From NCBI GenBank assembly GCA_023267535.1, contig JAHFNC010000002.1:55426-119425 (forward strand): a stretch of DNA of 64,000 nucleotides. The letters are read 5' to 3'. The DNA is from a bacterium (GTDB taxonomy: Bacteria > Patescibacteriota > Minisyncoccia > Phycocordibacterales > UBA5272). This document shows positions 28,217 to 38,535 of the stretch, piece by piece. The notes beneath the pieces were generated by a model. The model made no database searches. It had not been told where the DNA came from and saw only the letters and a program-made list of their open reading frames with translations. The position numbers and the translations under genes are program-made. Each line of letters begins with the position of its first letter. Within the stretch, counting starts at the first letter, position 1.

Positions 28217-28756
28217 GTGCAATTAATTAAATTTAATATATCTATGAACAAAAAATTAGTAATCGGAACTGTTTCTATTTTTATGATGACCTCTTTTGCT
28301 TTGGCACAACAGGATAATCAAAATGAAAATAAACCTCAACCAAAAATCCCTAGTGTGATTAGTAACATGATGGTACCACCTCAGATTTCTACAGGTGATT
28401 CAGCAAAAGATGCTCAAGTTAAAGCGTTACTAAAAGAAATGGAGGATAAAGTTTTGGCGATTCGTACTGAATACGAAGCTAAAATAAAGGCTATAGTTGG
28501 CAACAAACTCGAGAGACCTCAAGCTGCCTCAGGTACTCCCATGATGCGCGGAGCAAATAGAGGAGAGGGGATAAAGCGGGGAGTAATGATGAATTCTTCT
28601 GGTGCACCAGCAGCACAAAACACTCAAACATCTGTTGTCGCGCCAAGTGGTCAGCCAACCTTACAAAATAGTGAGGCTACAGTAAATACTATTGCAAACA
28701 CTGTGGTAAATACAGCAACTATTACTAATTTTTTAAAAAGTTTTTTCAATAAATAA
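28217..28756 (+). CDS. Secreted Met-rich hypothetical protein
   Basis: Signal peptide plus Met clusters (SNMMVPP, TPMMRG, GVMMNSS). Confidence 0.45.
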   Translation: MQLIKFNISMNKKLVIGTVSIFMMTSFALAQQDNQNENKPQPKIPSVISNMMVPPQISTGDSAKDAQVKALLKEMEDKVLAIRTEYEAKIKAIVGNKLERPQAASGTPMMRGANRGEGIKRGVMMNSSGAPAAQNTQTSVVAPSGQPTLQNSEATVNTIANTVVNTATITNFLKSFFNK

Positions 28757-28777
28757 TAAACAAATCTTAATCTTTTA

Positions 28778-28817
28778 AAAAGGCGCCGAAAGCTTTGCTT
28801 TCGGCGCCTTTCTTTTT
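28778..28817. terminator. Bidirectional rho-independent terminator
   Basis: ggcgccgaaagc-tttg-ctttcggcgcc, flanked by an A-run on one side and a T-run on the other. It lies between convergent genes. Confidence 0.7.
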
Positions 28818-28823
28818 CATTAT

Positions 28824-29459
28824 TTAATGTGCCAATGTAAAACCTATTACTTTCTTTGCTCCATTTTTTAATAAAATATTTCTAGCTTCATTCATGGTGG
28901 CATAACTTGTAGCAACATCATCTATTAAAATTATATTTTTCTCAAAAATTTCTTCTTTATTTTTAACGGCAAAAGAATTTTTAATATTTTCTATTCTTTC
29001 GTTTTTGTTTCTTATTATCGCTTGTCTTTTATTTGTTTTATTTTTTATTAAAATATTGTTATATAAATCTACTTTAAAAAAGTTTGAAAACTCTTTAGCA
29101 ATAAGCTCAGCTTGATTATATCCTCGAACATACAATCTTATTTTTGATACTGGTATTGGGATAATTATTGGATTATCTATTTCGCTTAAAACAAAACTAA
29201 AATAATAAAAAGATTCTGAAGTTAACGGATTTATTAGGTCTTTTCTATGGAAATATTTTATATTTCTAATTATTTTTCTAGTTAGTAAATCCTTGTATGA
29301 AAAATATGAATAAACTAAAAGATTTTCTGTATCTATATTCTTTCTTAAATTATTTAGACAAATTTTGCAAATTATTGTGTTCTCTTTTTTACACCCGATA
29401 CATTTCTTCGGAAAAAATGTATCAAATAATTTTTCTGTAAAATTATGGAAAATCCACAT
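28824..29459 (-). CDS. comFC: ComF-family competence protein (ComFC-like, PRTase fold)
   Basis: N-terminal Cys-x2-Cys...Cys-x2-Cys zinc finger and the C-terminal PRTase motif IILIDDVATSYATM. Confidence 0.7.
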   Translation of the reverse strand: MWIFHNFTEKLFDTFFPKKCIGCKKENTIICKICLNNLRKNIDTENLLVYSYFSYKDLLTRKIIRNIKYFHRKDLINPLTSESFYYFSFVLSEIDNPIIIPIPVSKIRLYVRGYNQAELIAKEFSNFFKVDLYNNILIKNKTNKRQAIIRNKNERIENIKNSFAVKNKEEIFEKNIILIDDVATSYATMNEARNILLKNGAKKVIGFTLAH

Positions 29460-29509
29460 ATACAGTTATTTTATAATAGAATCGTAATTTTATGTTGTAT
29501 AATTAAGTT

Positions 29510-30583
29510 ATGTTTAATATTTTCGGTGGCAACAATGTCAAAGAAGCTATAGGTATTGATATCGGCACGACATCTATAAAAGTTGTTCAAGTAAAAAAAG
29601 AAAAAGAAAGATTACTGCTTCAAACTTACGGTGAAGTTGAGCTTGGGCCTTACGCTGGACTAGAAGCTGGTCAAGCAACAAATCTAGGCGAAGAAAAATT
29701 AACCGAGGCTATACAAGATTTATTAAAAGAAGCAAAAGTTACTTCAAAAGAAGCAAATTTTTCCATTGATCCAGTGTCATCGTTTATTTCTATGATTTCA
29801 GTTCCTGGTGTTGATGATTCTTCATTAAAAACAATGATTCCTCTTGAAGCTAGAAAATATATTCCAATACCAATAAGTGAAGTGCAACTTGATTGGTGGA
29901 GGGTACCTAATTTACTTTACGATGATGGAGCTGATAAGAAAAATATAAATATTATTATCGCCGCTGTGAAGAACGAGAGACTTTATATGTATGACCGAAT
30001 AGTCAATAAACTAGGGTTTTTAAACGTTGATTATGAAATAGAGGGGTTTAGTTTGGTGCGTAGTTTGGGTATAGCTCCAAATAGTGGGCTGGTGGTTATT
30101 GTTGATATCGGCGGATCATTTACTACGGTTAGTTTGGCCAGCTCTGGAATTATTGTTGATATGCATGTCATTAGTCACGGATCTCAAGAAGCAACAATTC
30201 AATTATCAAGAGCGCTCTCTGTTTCTGTTAAGGTCGCCGAAGAATCAAAAAGAGAATTCGGTTACAAGGGAGATCAATCAAATTCTTATTTTAAAGAAGT
30301 GATGGAACTTTCGAGTTATCCACTGTTTGGTGAGGTTGCACGTCTTCTACTTATGTACGAAAGAAAGTATAATCAGAGTATAAGCGGAGTAGTCGTTACT
30401 GGCGGTGGTGCGCGAATTGAAGGCATTTCAGAAATGTACAAAAAGACTGTTCAGGGAGATATGAAAATCGCAACACCATTTGATCAGGTTAACGTCCCTC
30501 CGTTTTTGCAAGATATGATTCATAAAATAGGTCCATCCTATTCTGTTGCTGTGGGTCTTGCACTAAAGAAATTACTTTCTTAA
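29510..30583 (+). CDS. pilM: Type IV pilus assembly protein PilM
   Basis: Actin-like ATPase fold with IGIDIGTTSIKVVQV and VIVDIGGSFTTVSL. Confidence 0.8.
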   Translation: MFNIFGGNNVKEAIGIDIGTTSIKVVQVKKEKERLLLQTYGEVELGPYAGLEAGQATNLGEEKLTEAIQDLLKEAKVTSKEANFSIDPVSSFISMISVPGVDDSSLKTMIPLEARKYIPIPISEVQLDWWRVPNLLYDDGADKKNINIIIAAVKNERLYMYDRIVNKLGFLNVDYEIEGFSLVRSLGIAPNSGLVVIVDIGGSFTTVSLASSGIIVDMHVISHGSQEATIQLSRALSVSVKVAEESKREFGYKGDQSNSYFKEVMELSSYPLFGEVARLLLMYERKYNQSISGVVVTGGGARIEGISEMYKKTVQGDMKIATPFDQVNVPPFLQDMIHKIGPSYSVAVGLALKKLLS

Positions 30584-30586
30584 TTT

Positions 30587-31303
30587 ATGCCATTTTCATT
30601 TAAATCAAAAGATAGCGGAGGCGGTGACAGCAAGGCCGGTGACGTAATGTCCTATGTTGGAAGAGCAAAAGGTAAAGGAGCTGACGCTATCGGCATATTA
30701 TTAACTGTTGTCTTTATTGCTTGTTTAATAACTGCCGGAGGATTATTTGCTTATAAAATATATTTAGAGGGACAAATAAACGCTAAACAAGCAAGAATAG
30801 ACCAAAAAGATAAAGACATTCAGTCTATTTTAAGTGGAGTTTCGATTGATGAACTTAAAAGTGTGTCCGTCAGACTTAAAGTTTTAGGCGATATGGTTAA
30901 TAATAAAACCTACGTAACCTCAGCTTTTGATATTCTTGAGAGAAGTATTGAAGACAACATAACTTTAAAAAATTTTTCTATAGCCAGTACTGACGCAGGC
31001 AAGAAATACGTTGTTGATATTTCAGGAAACGCACCAGACTATCACTCAGTTATACAACAAATAGATACCTTTAATAGGGCTCCATATTCTAATTTTATTT
31101 CTGAGGTTGAGGTAAAGTCTGTTCATCCAAATAGCACTGGTTCTATTGATTTTGCTGTCCACATGGCTATTGCTGTAAAAAATAGATCAGAAGATGTTGA
31201 CGCTTATTTTGAAAGTAGCACCGTTAATTCTTCAAATAGTACCTTCCAAGGTTCACCAGTTAATCAGCAGAGTAATTCAGCTGTTAATCCTACTAGTCAA
31301 TAA
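30587..31303 (+). CDS. pilN: PilN-like pilus assembly protein
   Basis: A single N-terminal TM helix then a coiled region. It sits at the position after pilM. Confidence 0.5.
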   Translation: MPFSFKSKDSGGGDSKAGDVMSYVGRAKGKGADAIGILLTVVFIACLITAGGLFAYKIYLEGQINAKQARIDQKDKDIQSILSGVSIDELKSVSVRLKVLGDMVNNKTYVTSAFDILERSIEDNITLKNFSIASTDAGKKYVVDISGNAPDYHSVIQQIDTFNRAPYSNFISEVEVKSVHPNSTGSIDFAVHMAIAVKNRSEDVDAYFESSTVNSSNSTFQGSPVNQQSNSAVNPTSQ

Positions 31304-31305
31304 TT

Positions 31306-31869
31306 ATGTCTAAATTACTTTACAATTTATTAATGATAGCCGGCTCAATAGCTCTTTATTTTTTACTGATTAATCCTTTGTATACGGGCGTTGGAAGTAT
31401 CTATCAGCCAGATAAGGGTATCACTACCTTAAAATCTATAAATGATTCATACGATATTGCTGATACGCAAGCAAAAGCTATAACCGATCAAGCTTCTGCC
31501 ATAATTTCTAGCTATCATAAAATCCCTAAGGATTCACTAGATAAAATGAAAACAATGTTACCTGATAAAGTAGATCCAATCAGACTTATGAGTGAGGTTA
31601 ATTTAATTATTAATTCAAATGGATTTTCTGCTAGCGATTTGGGTTATGGGAAGCAAGGGTCTACCGACGGCTCAGGGGTGTCTAGTTACAGCATTTCATT
31701 TTCGGTTAAGGGGAGTTATTCGAAGTTTAAAGATTTATTGAAAAAATTTGAAAACAGTATGAGAATATATAATATAGTATCTTTAAACTTTAACGTTCCA
31801 CCGGACGGACCAACTGACCAATATATATATAAAGTTAATATGGAAACTTATTATAATACTAATAAATAA
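31306..31869 (+). CDS. pilO: PilO-like pilus assembly protein
   Basis: N-terminal TM (LLMIAGSIALYFLLINPLY). Operon position. Confidence 0.45.
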   Translation: MSKLLYNLLMIAGSIALYFLLINPLYTGVGSIYQPDKGITTLKSINDSYDIADTQAKAITDQASAIISSYHKIPKDSLDKMKTMLPDKVDPIRLMSEVNLIINSNGFSASDLGYGKQGSTDGSGVSSYSISFSVKGSYSKFKDLLKKFENSMRIYNIVSLNFNVPPDGPTDQYIYKVNMETYYNTNK

Positions 31870-31870
31870 T

Positions 31871-32215
31871 ATGACAGAACAACAAAACACAAACAAAAGT
31901 GGAACTTCAAAACTCGTTACAGATCTTATTATTGGTGTGGTTGTTTTGGGTCTTGCTTATTATGGTTATACATTATTTAGCTCGACTGACTCTTCTGTTT
32001 CAATAGTTGATTCTGGGGCAAGCATGACACAATTCCTTGGTCCTAATCTGACAACTTTTTCACAAATGGTAACTAAAGATAAAGTCACCTTCAATTATGA
32101 TTTCTTAAATAAAACAAGTAGCTTCCAAGATTTTACTGAGACAATTAACGAGACCTCATCTCGCGGAAGAACTAATCCGTTTACACCTTATGCTTCTTCT
32201 AGATCTTCTAATTAG
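31871..32215 (+). CDS. Small membrane protein in the pilus operon (PilP-like position)
   Basis: One TM helix. Its end overlaps the pilB start. Confidence 0.35.
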   Translation: MTEQQNTNKSGTSKLVTDLIIGVVVLGLAYYGYTLFSSTDSSVSIVDSGASMTQFLGPNLTTFSQMVTKDKVTFNYDFLNKTSSFQDFTETINETSSRGRTNPFTPYASSRSSN

Positions 32216-33935
32216 TCAAAACAAACTAACCCAAAAAGAGGGTAGGGAAATAGAGGATAAATTAAAGACTGATCAAGAGGCGGTCGTTGATACTTTACTT
32301 TCAGAAAAAAATATATCCAAGGAAGATATTATGCAGATTAGGTCTGTTTTGTATGGTCTTCCTATCTTCAGAGATAATTTTAGAAGAGATGAAAAATTAG
32401 CAAGATTTATCGCGACACCTCAAGCCAAGAAGATGTTTGCTATTCCGATTGAACAAAAAGACGGAGTTCTTCACGTTGGAATAGTTGATCCAGAAAAAGG
32501 AAATGTCATAGACGGATTACAGTTTTTGTTAGGAGGAGACCATATTCCTTATAAGATTTTTTTGATTTCCTACGAAGCTTTTGATAATTACTTTGGTCCT
32601 GGTACTGAGAGTTTGGTTGATCAAGTTGAAGAGGAAGATTTGAAGTACAACACCTCAGACACATCGGGAGACTTAGATAGAAACAAAAAGAAAAAAGAAG
32701 GGGAAGAAGATATTCTGGATTTGACTGACATTGACGCTATTTTGGATGAAAAGCTAACAAAACTTTCTGTTCCAGAAATCTTGAGTGTCATTTTGCGTTA
32801 CGCTATCAACATTGAAGCCAGCGATATTCACATCGAGCATACTGGGACAAATGTCAGAGTTAGAGTTCGTCTTGATGGTATTTTGAATGTGGCCACCACT
32901 TTACCTCTTCCACTTCACGAAATGGTTATCGCCCGTGTGAAAATTTTGTGCACCATGAAGCTTGATGAAAAAAGAAAGCCTCAAGACGGAAGATTTAGCA
33001 CCAAGATGAAAGATCGTTACGTGGACTATCGTGTTTCTACTTTCCCTGGATATTTCGGTGAGAAGGTGGTTATTCGTATTTTGGATAGTTATAGAGGAGT
33101 TAGGGAGCTAAGTACTATGGGTTTTTCAGAAAGACAATTAAAAGAAGTGAGAAATGCCATCACAAGACCATACGGAATTATTTTGATTTCAGGTCCGACT
33201 GGTTCTGGAAAAACAACAACTCTTTATGCCATGTTAAGTGAGTTAGATCGTGAACATAAAAACGTGGTTTCTCTTGAAGATCCTATTGAATACAACGTGC
33301 CAAGTATGAACCAATCACAGATTTTTCCAGAAATTGGATATACTTTTGCTTCCGGTCTTCGTTCTATTTTGCGTCAGGACCCTGATGTCATTATGGTGGG
33401 TGAAATTCGTGACGCTGAGACCGCACAATTGGCTATTCAGGCTGCTTTAACGGGTCACTTAGTGTTCTCTACAATTCACACCAACACTTCTGTCGGTGTT
33501 ATTACTCGCTTAATTGATATGGGTATTGAACCGTATCTTATTGCTCCAACGCTTAATATTGCCCTTGGACAAAGACTGGTTAGAAAAATAGCTGATGGAT
33601 GTGCTAAGGAAATAGAAATGACTCCTGGTATGAGAGCCTTGATTGATGGAGAGTTTCAAGATTTGCCAGATGAATACAAGAAATTGTTAAATCTTAATGT
33701 TCCACTTCATGAACCAAACGGAACAAAAGAAAATCCGTCAGGACTTAAAGGTAGAGTTCCAGTATTTGAAGTGCTAGAAATTGACTCTGATATGGAAGCG
33801 GCAATTGTGAAAAAAGAAACTGATCAAAATTTGTGGAAAATGGCTAGATTAAAAGGTGTCATCTCAATGAAAGAAGATGCTATTCTAAAAAGTATGGCTG
33901 GACTTGTTCCATTCTCGGAAATTAATGAAATGTAG
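32190..33935 (+). CDS. pilB: Type IV pilus assembly ATPase PilB (GspE family)
   Basis: Walker A GPTGSGKTT, the Asp/His boxes, a tetracysteine-like region and an N-terminal GSPII_E_N domain. Confidence 0.85.
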   Translation: MLLLDLLISQNKLTQKEGREIEDKLKTDQEAVVDTLLSEKNISKEDIMQIRSVLYGLPIFRDNFRRDEKLARFIATPQAKKMFAIPIEQKDGVLHVGIVDPEKGNVIDGLQFLLGGDHIPYKIFLISYEAFDNYFGPGTESLVDQVEEEDLKYNTSDTSGDLDRNKKKKEGEEDILDLTDIDAILDEKLTKLSVPEILSVILRYAINIEASDIHIEHTGTNVRVRVRLDGILNVATTLPLPLHEMVIARVKILCTMKLDEKRKPQDGRFSTKMKDRYVDYRVSTFPGYFGEKVVIRILDSYRGVRELSTMGFSERQLKEVRNAITRPYGIILISGPTGSGKTTTLYAMLSELDREHKNVVSLEDPIEYNVPSMNQSQIFPEIGYTFASGLRSILRQDPDVIMVGEIRDAETAQLAIQAALTGHLVFSTIHTNTSVGVITRLIDMGIEPYLIAPTLNIALGQRLVRKIADGCAKEIEMTPGMRALIDGEFQDLPDEYKKLLNLNVPLHEPNGTKENPSGLKGRVPVFEVLEIDSDMEAAIVKKETDQNLWKMARLKGVISMKEDAILKSMAGLVPFSEINEM

Positions 33936-34003
33936 TTTTAAATATTAATGATTTTTAAATACTATCCACTTTCTACTTTCCATTTGCTTGTTATAATGAC
34001 TAT

Positions 34004-35065
34004 ATGAATTACGATGTAGAACTCGACGATTTAATTATGACCCTTGTTAAAGAGGGTGGGTCAGATATTCACTTTAATGTTGGGAATTTCCCAACAGTTA
34101 GAGTAAGCAGAGAATTAGTTCCATTAACTAGAAAAAAAGAATTAACCGCTGATGACACTGTTGGATTTTTGAGATCAATGGTTGGAGAAAAGGCTTTCAC
34201 TGGTTTTGTTATTAAACAAGAATTAGATTTTTCATACGAACATAAAAAAGAATATCGTTTGCGTGGAAATGCTTCATTTCAAAGAGGTGTTGTTTCTGTG
34301 GCTCTCCGATTAGTTCCAAAAGTAAAACAAATAAAAGATTTGAATTTGCCAGAACAATTAATGGAAATAGCTAGACAAAAAGAAGGTTTTTTTATAGTGG
34401 TCGGACCAATTGGACAAGGAAAATCAACCACTTTGGCTTCTATGATTTCTCTTATCAACTCAGAATCAAGAAGACATATTGTAACCATCGAAGATCCGAT
34501 AGAATTTCTTTTTGATAATGACAAATCCATAATTGAGCAAAGAGAGGTTAGTATTGATACGGTGGACTTTCCAACAGCATTAAGACATGCCTTCAGACAA
34601 GACGCTGATGTTATTTTTATCGGAGAAATGCGTGACAGAGAAACTATTTCAACTGCTGTAACCGCTGCGGAAACTGGTCACCTTGTATTGTCCACCCTTC
34701 ATGCCAATAGCGCTTCTCAAACCATTGATCGTATCATTGACACTTTCCCACCAGAACAACAAGATCAGATTCGTGTTCAATTGGCTGGGTCTTTGCTTGG
34801 TATTATGTCTATTAGATTAATTCCGAGAATTTCAGGAGGCCTAATTCCTGCTTGTGAATTATTGTTGAACACTGGAGCAGTGGCTAACTTGATTAGAGAG
34901 AACAGAACTCATGAAATAGATATTTTAATTGAAACTGGTATGAGCGAAGGCATGATTGATTTGGATAGAAATTTGGCAGACTTAGTTAAAAGAGGTGAAA
35001 TTTTAAGAGAATCAGCACTAGAAAGAGTTAAAAATAAAAATTTCTTTGAAAGATTAATACAATAA
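34004..35065 (+). CDS. pilT: Twitching-motility retraction ATPase PilT
   Basis: VGPIGQGKSTT Walker A, IVTIEDPIEF, and a PilT-type C-terminus. Confidence 0.85.
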   Translation: MNYDVELDDLIMTLVKEGGSDIHFNVGNFPTVRVSRELVPLTRKKELTADDTVGFLRSMVGEKAFTGFVIKQELDFSYEHKKEYRLRGNASFQRGVVSVALRLVPKVKQIKDLNLPEQLMEIARQKEGFFIVVGPIGQGKSTTLASMISLINSESRRHIVTIEDPIEFLFDNDKSIIEQREVSIDTVDFPTALRHAFRQDADVIFIGEMRDRETISTAVTAAETGHLVLSTLHANSASQTIDRIIDTFPPEQQDQIRVQLAGSLLGIMSIRLIPRISGGLIPACELLLNTGAVANLIRENRTHEIDILIETGMSEGMIDLDRNLADLVKRGEILRESALERVKNKNFFERLIQ

Positions 35066-35068
35066 TTT

Positions 35069-36298
35069 ATGTTACTTAAATATAAAGTCATAGATAAGGA
35101 CGGAGTAAAGACAGACGGACAAATGGACAGTGCTTCGAAAGATGTAGCGATTTCTGATTTGCAAAAAAGGGGTTTTAATATTATTTCTTTAGAAGAAGTA
35201 ACGACAGATACTGCTTTAGATAGAGCAGAAGCCTCACTTGGGTCAATCGGAACACCAAGAAGAAAAGTTAAACAAAAAGATATGGTTATCTTTTCCAGAC
35301 AAGCTTCAACTTTATTTGAGTCTGGTGTTTCGGCATTAAAGACTTTCAGATTATTGGCTGCGGAAAATAGTAGTCCAGCTTTACAAATCATTTTAACTAG
35401 AGTTGCTGACTCTATTGAAAAAGGTGTTTCTTTGTCAGATGCTCTCAATGAAAATCCTGAAACTTTCTCTTCTTTTTACGTCAGTATGGTTAAATCTGGA
35501 GAAGAAACAGGAAAATTAAAAGAAGTTTTTCTTTATTTGGCGGACTATCTAGATAGAGATTATGATTTGGCACAAAAGACGAAAAAAGCTTTGACTTATC
35601 CAGCTTTCGTTATCACCACTTTTATTGCCGTTATGATTGTAATGTTTGTTTTTATTATTCCAAAAATGGCAGCTATGTATGCTGATCAAGGTCAGACACT
35701 GCCGTGGGTGACTCAAGTCGTTCTGGGAATCTCTAGCTTTTTTGTTGATTACGGTATATTTTTGCTATTTGGACTTATTATTTTTGGATGGTTATTTGTG
35801 AGATATAGTATGACTGAAGAAGGAAGATATAACATCGATGAATTTAAATTAAATATTCCCGTTATCAAAAATCTTTATCAAAAAATGTTTTTGACTCGTT
35901 TGGCAGACAATATGAATACCATGTTAACAAGTGGTGTGCCGATTATTCGTTCTTTGGAAATTACAGCTGGAGTTGTAGATAATGTGGTTTATAAAAGAAT
36001 GCTTGCCAGAATTTCCAAGAAAGTTTCCGATGGACTTCCTTTATCTAAAGCGTTTTTTGACGAGCCGGAGATACCTGTAGTTTTGGTACAAATGATAAAA
36101 ATAGGTGAAGAAACAGGAGAATTGGGTAAAATTCTAAAGAGTTTAGCTTTATTTTATAAAAGAGAAGTTGACGACGCTATTGATACTTCGATTTCTTTGA
36201 TTGAACCTTTAATGATTGTTGGACTTGGTTTGGGTGTTGGATTTTTGGTGGCAGCTGTTCTTCTTCCTATGTATTCGCTCTCAGCAGACATTTCCTAA
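35069..36298 (+). CDS. pilC: Type IV pilus platform protein PilC (GspF family)
   Basis: Two GspF repeats with 3 TM helices. The typical ...TGEETGKL... motif occurs twice. Confidence 0.85.
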   Translation: MLLKYKVIDKDGVKTDGQMDSASKDVAISDLQKRGFNIISLEEVTTDTALDRAEASLGSIGTPRRKVKQKDMVIFSRQASTLFESGVSALKTFRLLAAENSSPALQIILTRVADSIEKGVSLSDALNENPETFSSFYVSMVKSGEETGKLKEVFLYLADYLDRDYDLAQKTKKALTYPAFVITTFIAVMIVMFVFIIPKMAAMYADQGQTLPWVTQVVLGISSFFVDYGIFLLFGLIIFGWLFVRYSMTEEGRYNIDEFKLNIPVIKNLYQKMFLTRLADNMNTMLTSGVPIIRSLEITAGVVDNVVYKRMLARISKKVSDGLPLSKAFFDEPEIPVVLVQMIKIGEETGELGKILKSLALFYKREVDDAIDTSISLIEPLMIVGLGLGVGFLVAAVLLPMYSLSADIS

Positions 36299-36392
36299 AA
36301 AGTATTTATTTTTAGCCTGTTCACAACTACTATTGCTTTGTTGCCTTATTTAGATATACTTTTAATATTGGGTTATCAATTAATAATTAACT

Positions 36393-37034
36393 ATGAAAAC
36401 AACAAACAAAGAAAATAAATTTAAAGGTTTTACACTTATTGAACTTTTGGTGGTTATCGCAATCATTGGACTTTTGTCTACAATTATTGCAACTCCAATT
36501 CAAAATGCTAGAAAGAAGGCGCGCGATGCTAAGAAAATTTCTGAATTAAACGCAACTCAGCTAGCCATTGAAGATTATGCTGAAGGTAATCGTGGTAATT
36601 ATCCTCCAAATCTTGCAATTTTGGCTCCGATTTATATGCCGGTTCTATCAACCTATGCTACTCCAAATGCTCAGATAAAGGATAGATTCGCTTATGTTAC
36701 TTATACATCTAATTCTGTCGGTAGTACTGACCCTGAGACTTTCGGATATCACTTGGGAGTTCACCTAGAAGTGTATAATCCAGTTTTGGAAAACGATAGA
36801 GATTGTAACAGTGCTGTTGCAAATCCTACTTTGACAGTTGGTGCTTGTGGTTTCTTTAACACTACTAATCCTATAGTAATTGCTTATCCAAACTGGGTAA
36901 GCGGTATGATCGGTGGTCCTGGCGTTGGTTTGACAACAGACCTTAATCTTCCAACCGATGCGACTGCAGATGGTGCTACAACTACTTGTACTGGTGTTAA
37001 TGACTGTGTGCTTGATGTAACTGGTCAGAGATAG
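36393..37034 (+). CDS. pilA: Type IV pilin (major pilin candidate)
   Basis: Class III signal KG/FTLIELLVVIAIIGLLS (prepilin cleavage/N-methylation motif). Confidence 0.8.
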   Translation: MKTTNKENKFKGFTLIELLVVIAIIGLLSTIIATPIQNARKKARDAKKISELNATQLAIEDYAEGNRGNYPPNLAILAPIYMPVLSTYATPNAQIKDRFAYVTYTSNSVGSTDPETFGYHLGVHLEVYNPVLENDRDCNSAVANPTLTVGACGFFNTTNPIVIAYPNWVSGMIGGPGVGLTTDLNLPTDATADGATTTCTGVNDCVLDVTGQR

Positions 37035-37041
37035 TTAGATT

Positions 37042-37824
37042 GTGTCGTATTTGCCTTATTTATTTTCCTTTGTTTATGGTTCTGCGATAGGAAGCTTTGT
37101 TAATGTATTAGTTAGCCGTCTAAACGTTGCTCCTGTTTTGAACGCTAGAAGTAAATGTTTGACCTGTGGGAATAAAATTGCGTGGTATGACTTGATACCT
37201 TTCGTTTCGTACATAATCCTACAAGGAAGATGTAGAAACTGTAAGGTCAAGTTTGGCATAGAAAACCTCTTAATGGAGGTTTTCTATGGCGTTATCTTTA
37301 TCTTAACTTATAAATTTATATTGATTGGTGGAAGTTTGCTTGCTGGGTTATTGTGGCTATTATTTTATTCCATCTTCTTTGTAACTTTAGGGGTCATATC
37401 ATTTTATGATTTAAAACATAAATTATTACCAGTAAATTTCTTCTTAGGTTTCTTGATTCTTTGTTTATTTGTCTTGTTTTTTAGATTTTTTGGTTCTTCT
37501 GACCTTTCCTTAACTATTTTATTGTCTCCAATAATTGTTTCTTTCCCGTTTCTTTTCCTGTGGCTAATTTCAAAAGGAAAATGGCTTGGATTTGGTGATG
37601 TCTTAATGTATATGGCAGTTGGGGCTTTCTTTAGTGTTGAACAAGGAGTTGCTGTATTTTTGTTGTCGGTATTCTTAGGAGCGTTAACCGGAGTGATTCT
37701 TATTTTGCTTAAGGGTTATAAATTTGGAAGATCAATTCCATTTATTCCTTTTATAACTTTGGCAATGATTATTGTTTTATTCACAGATATAGACATATAT
37801 TCAATAATAAAAATATTCGGTTAG
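37042..37824 (+). CDS. pilD: Prepilin peptidase (A24 family) PilD
   Basis: N-terminal Zn-binding CLTCGNKIAWYDLIPFVSYI...CRNC and a multi-TM body. Confidence 0.8.
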   Translation: MSYLPYLFSFVYGSAIGSFVNVLVSRLNVAPVLNARSKCLTCGNKIAWYDLIPFVSYIILQGRCRNCKVKFGIENLLMEVFYGVIFILTYKFILIGGSLLAGLLWLLFYSIFFVTLGVISFYDLKHKLLPVNFFLGFLILCLFVLFFRFFGSSDLSLTILLSPIIVSFPFLFLWLISKGKWLGFGDVLMYMAVGAFFSVEQGVAVFLLSVFLGALTGVILILLKGYKFGRSIPFIPFITLAMIIVLFTDIDIYSIIKIFG

Positions 37825-37851
37825 GTGATATTATATAGTTAAGTAATATAT

Positions 37852-38529
37852 ATGTTTTTTTCTATTAAAAAAAGGAAAGTGGAAGCTTTTACTTTGATTG
37901 AGCTTCTTATAAGTATAGGTATCATAACTATGATGTCGATGATTATGTTTTATAAATATCCAGACTCGGCTGTCCGTGTAAATCTTGCTAACACCACTTA
38001 CAAATTAGCTTATTTTATTAAAGAGGCTCAATTAAGAGGTAGTTCTGTGGACTCGTCGAGCGGAACAATCGGAGGATATGGAGTTTATTTGTATAACAAC
38101 AACAAGGATAGAGCTGTTATGTGGGCTGACAATGTAGATAGTTCAATTGTAACGTATAGCGGTATCGGTATTGGCAATAGTTTATACGACATAGGAACAG
38201 AAGCATCAACTACAATGCTTTTCGGCACAAACTTTTATATATCCAATATCTGTGTAACTATTTCTGGTACCAATGGAACAATCAGCTGTTCAAACGATGT
38301 TAACGGCAATGTTAATCCGTCGGCTCTATTTTCAATAATTCGTATTGTCTTTGTTAGACCAAATCCACAAGCCATGATTTATATAAATGGAAATACATCA
38401 AATCCAGAAGACAACGCTTGTATTGAGTTAAGCACCAAAGATAATTGGTTGCCAGGACACAAGAGGTCGGTGCATGTATTTAACTCAGGGGTTGTCTACA
38501 CGAGCTCTGCTCCTTGTAGCACTAATTAA
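37852..38529 (+). CDS. Minor pilin / pseudopilin
   Basis: The prepilin signal ...EAFTLIELLISIGII. Confidence 0.65.
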   Translation: MFFSIKKRKVEAFTLIELLISIGIITMMSMIMFYKYPDSAVRVNLANTTYKLAYFIKEAQLRGSSVDSSSGTIGGYGVYLYNNNKDRAVMWADNVDSSIVTYSGIGIGNSLYDIGTEASTTMLFGTNFYISNICVTISGTNGTISCSNDVNGNVNPSALFSIIRIVFVRPNPQAMIYINGNTSNPEDNACIELSTKDNWLPGHKRSVHVFNSGVVYTSSAPCSTN

Positions 38530-38535
38530 ATTAAG

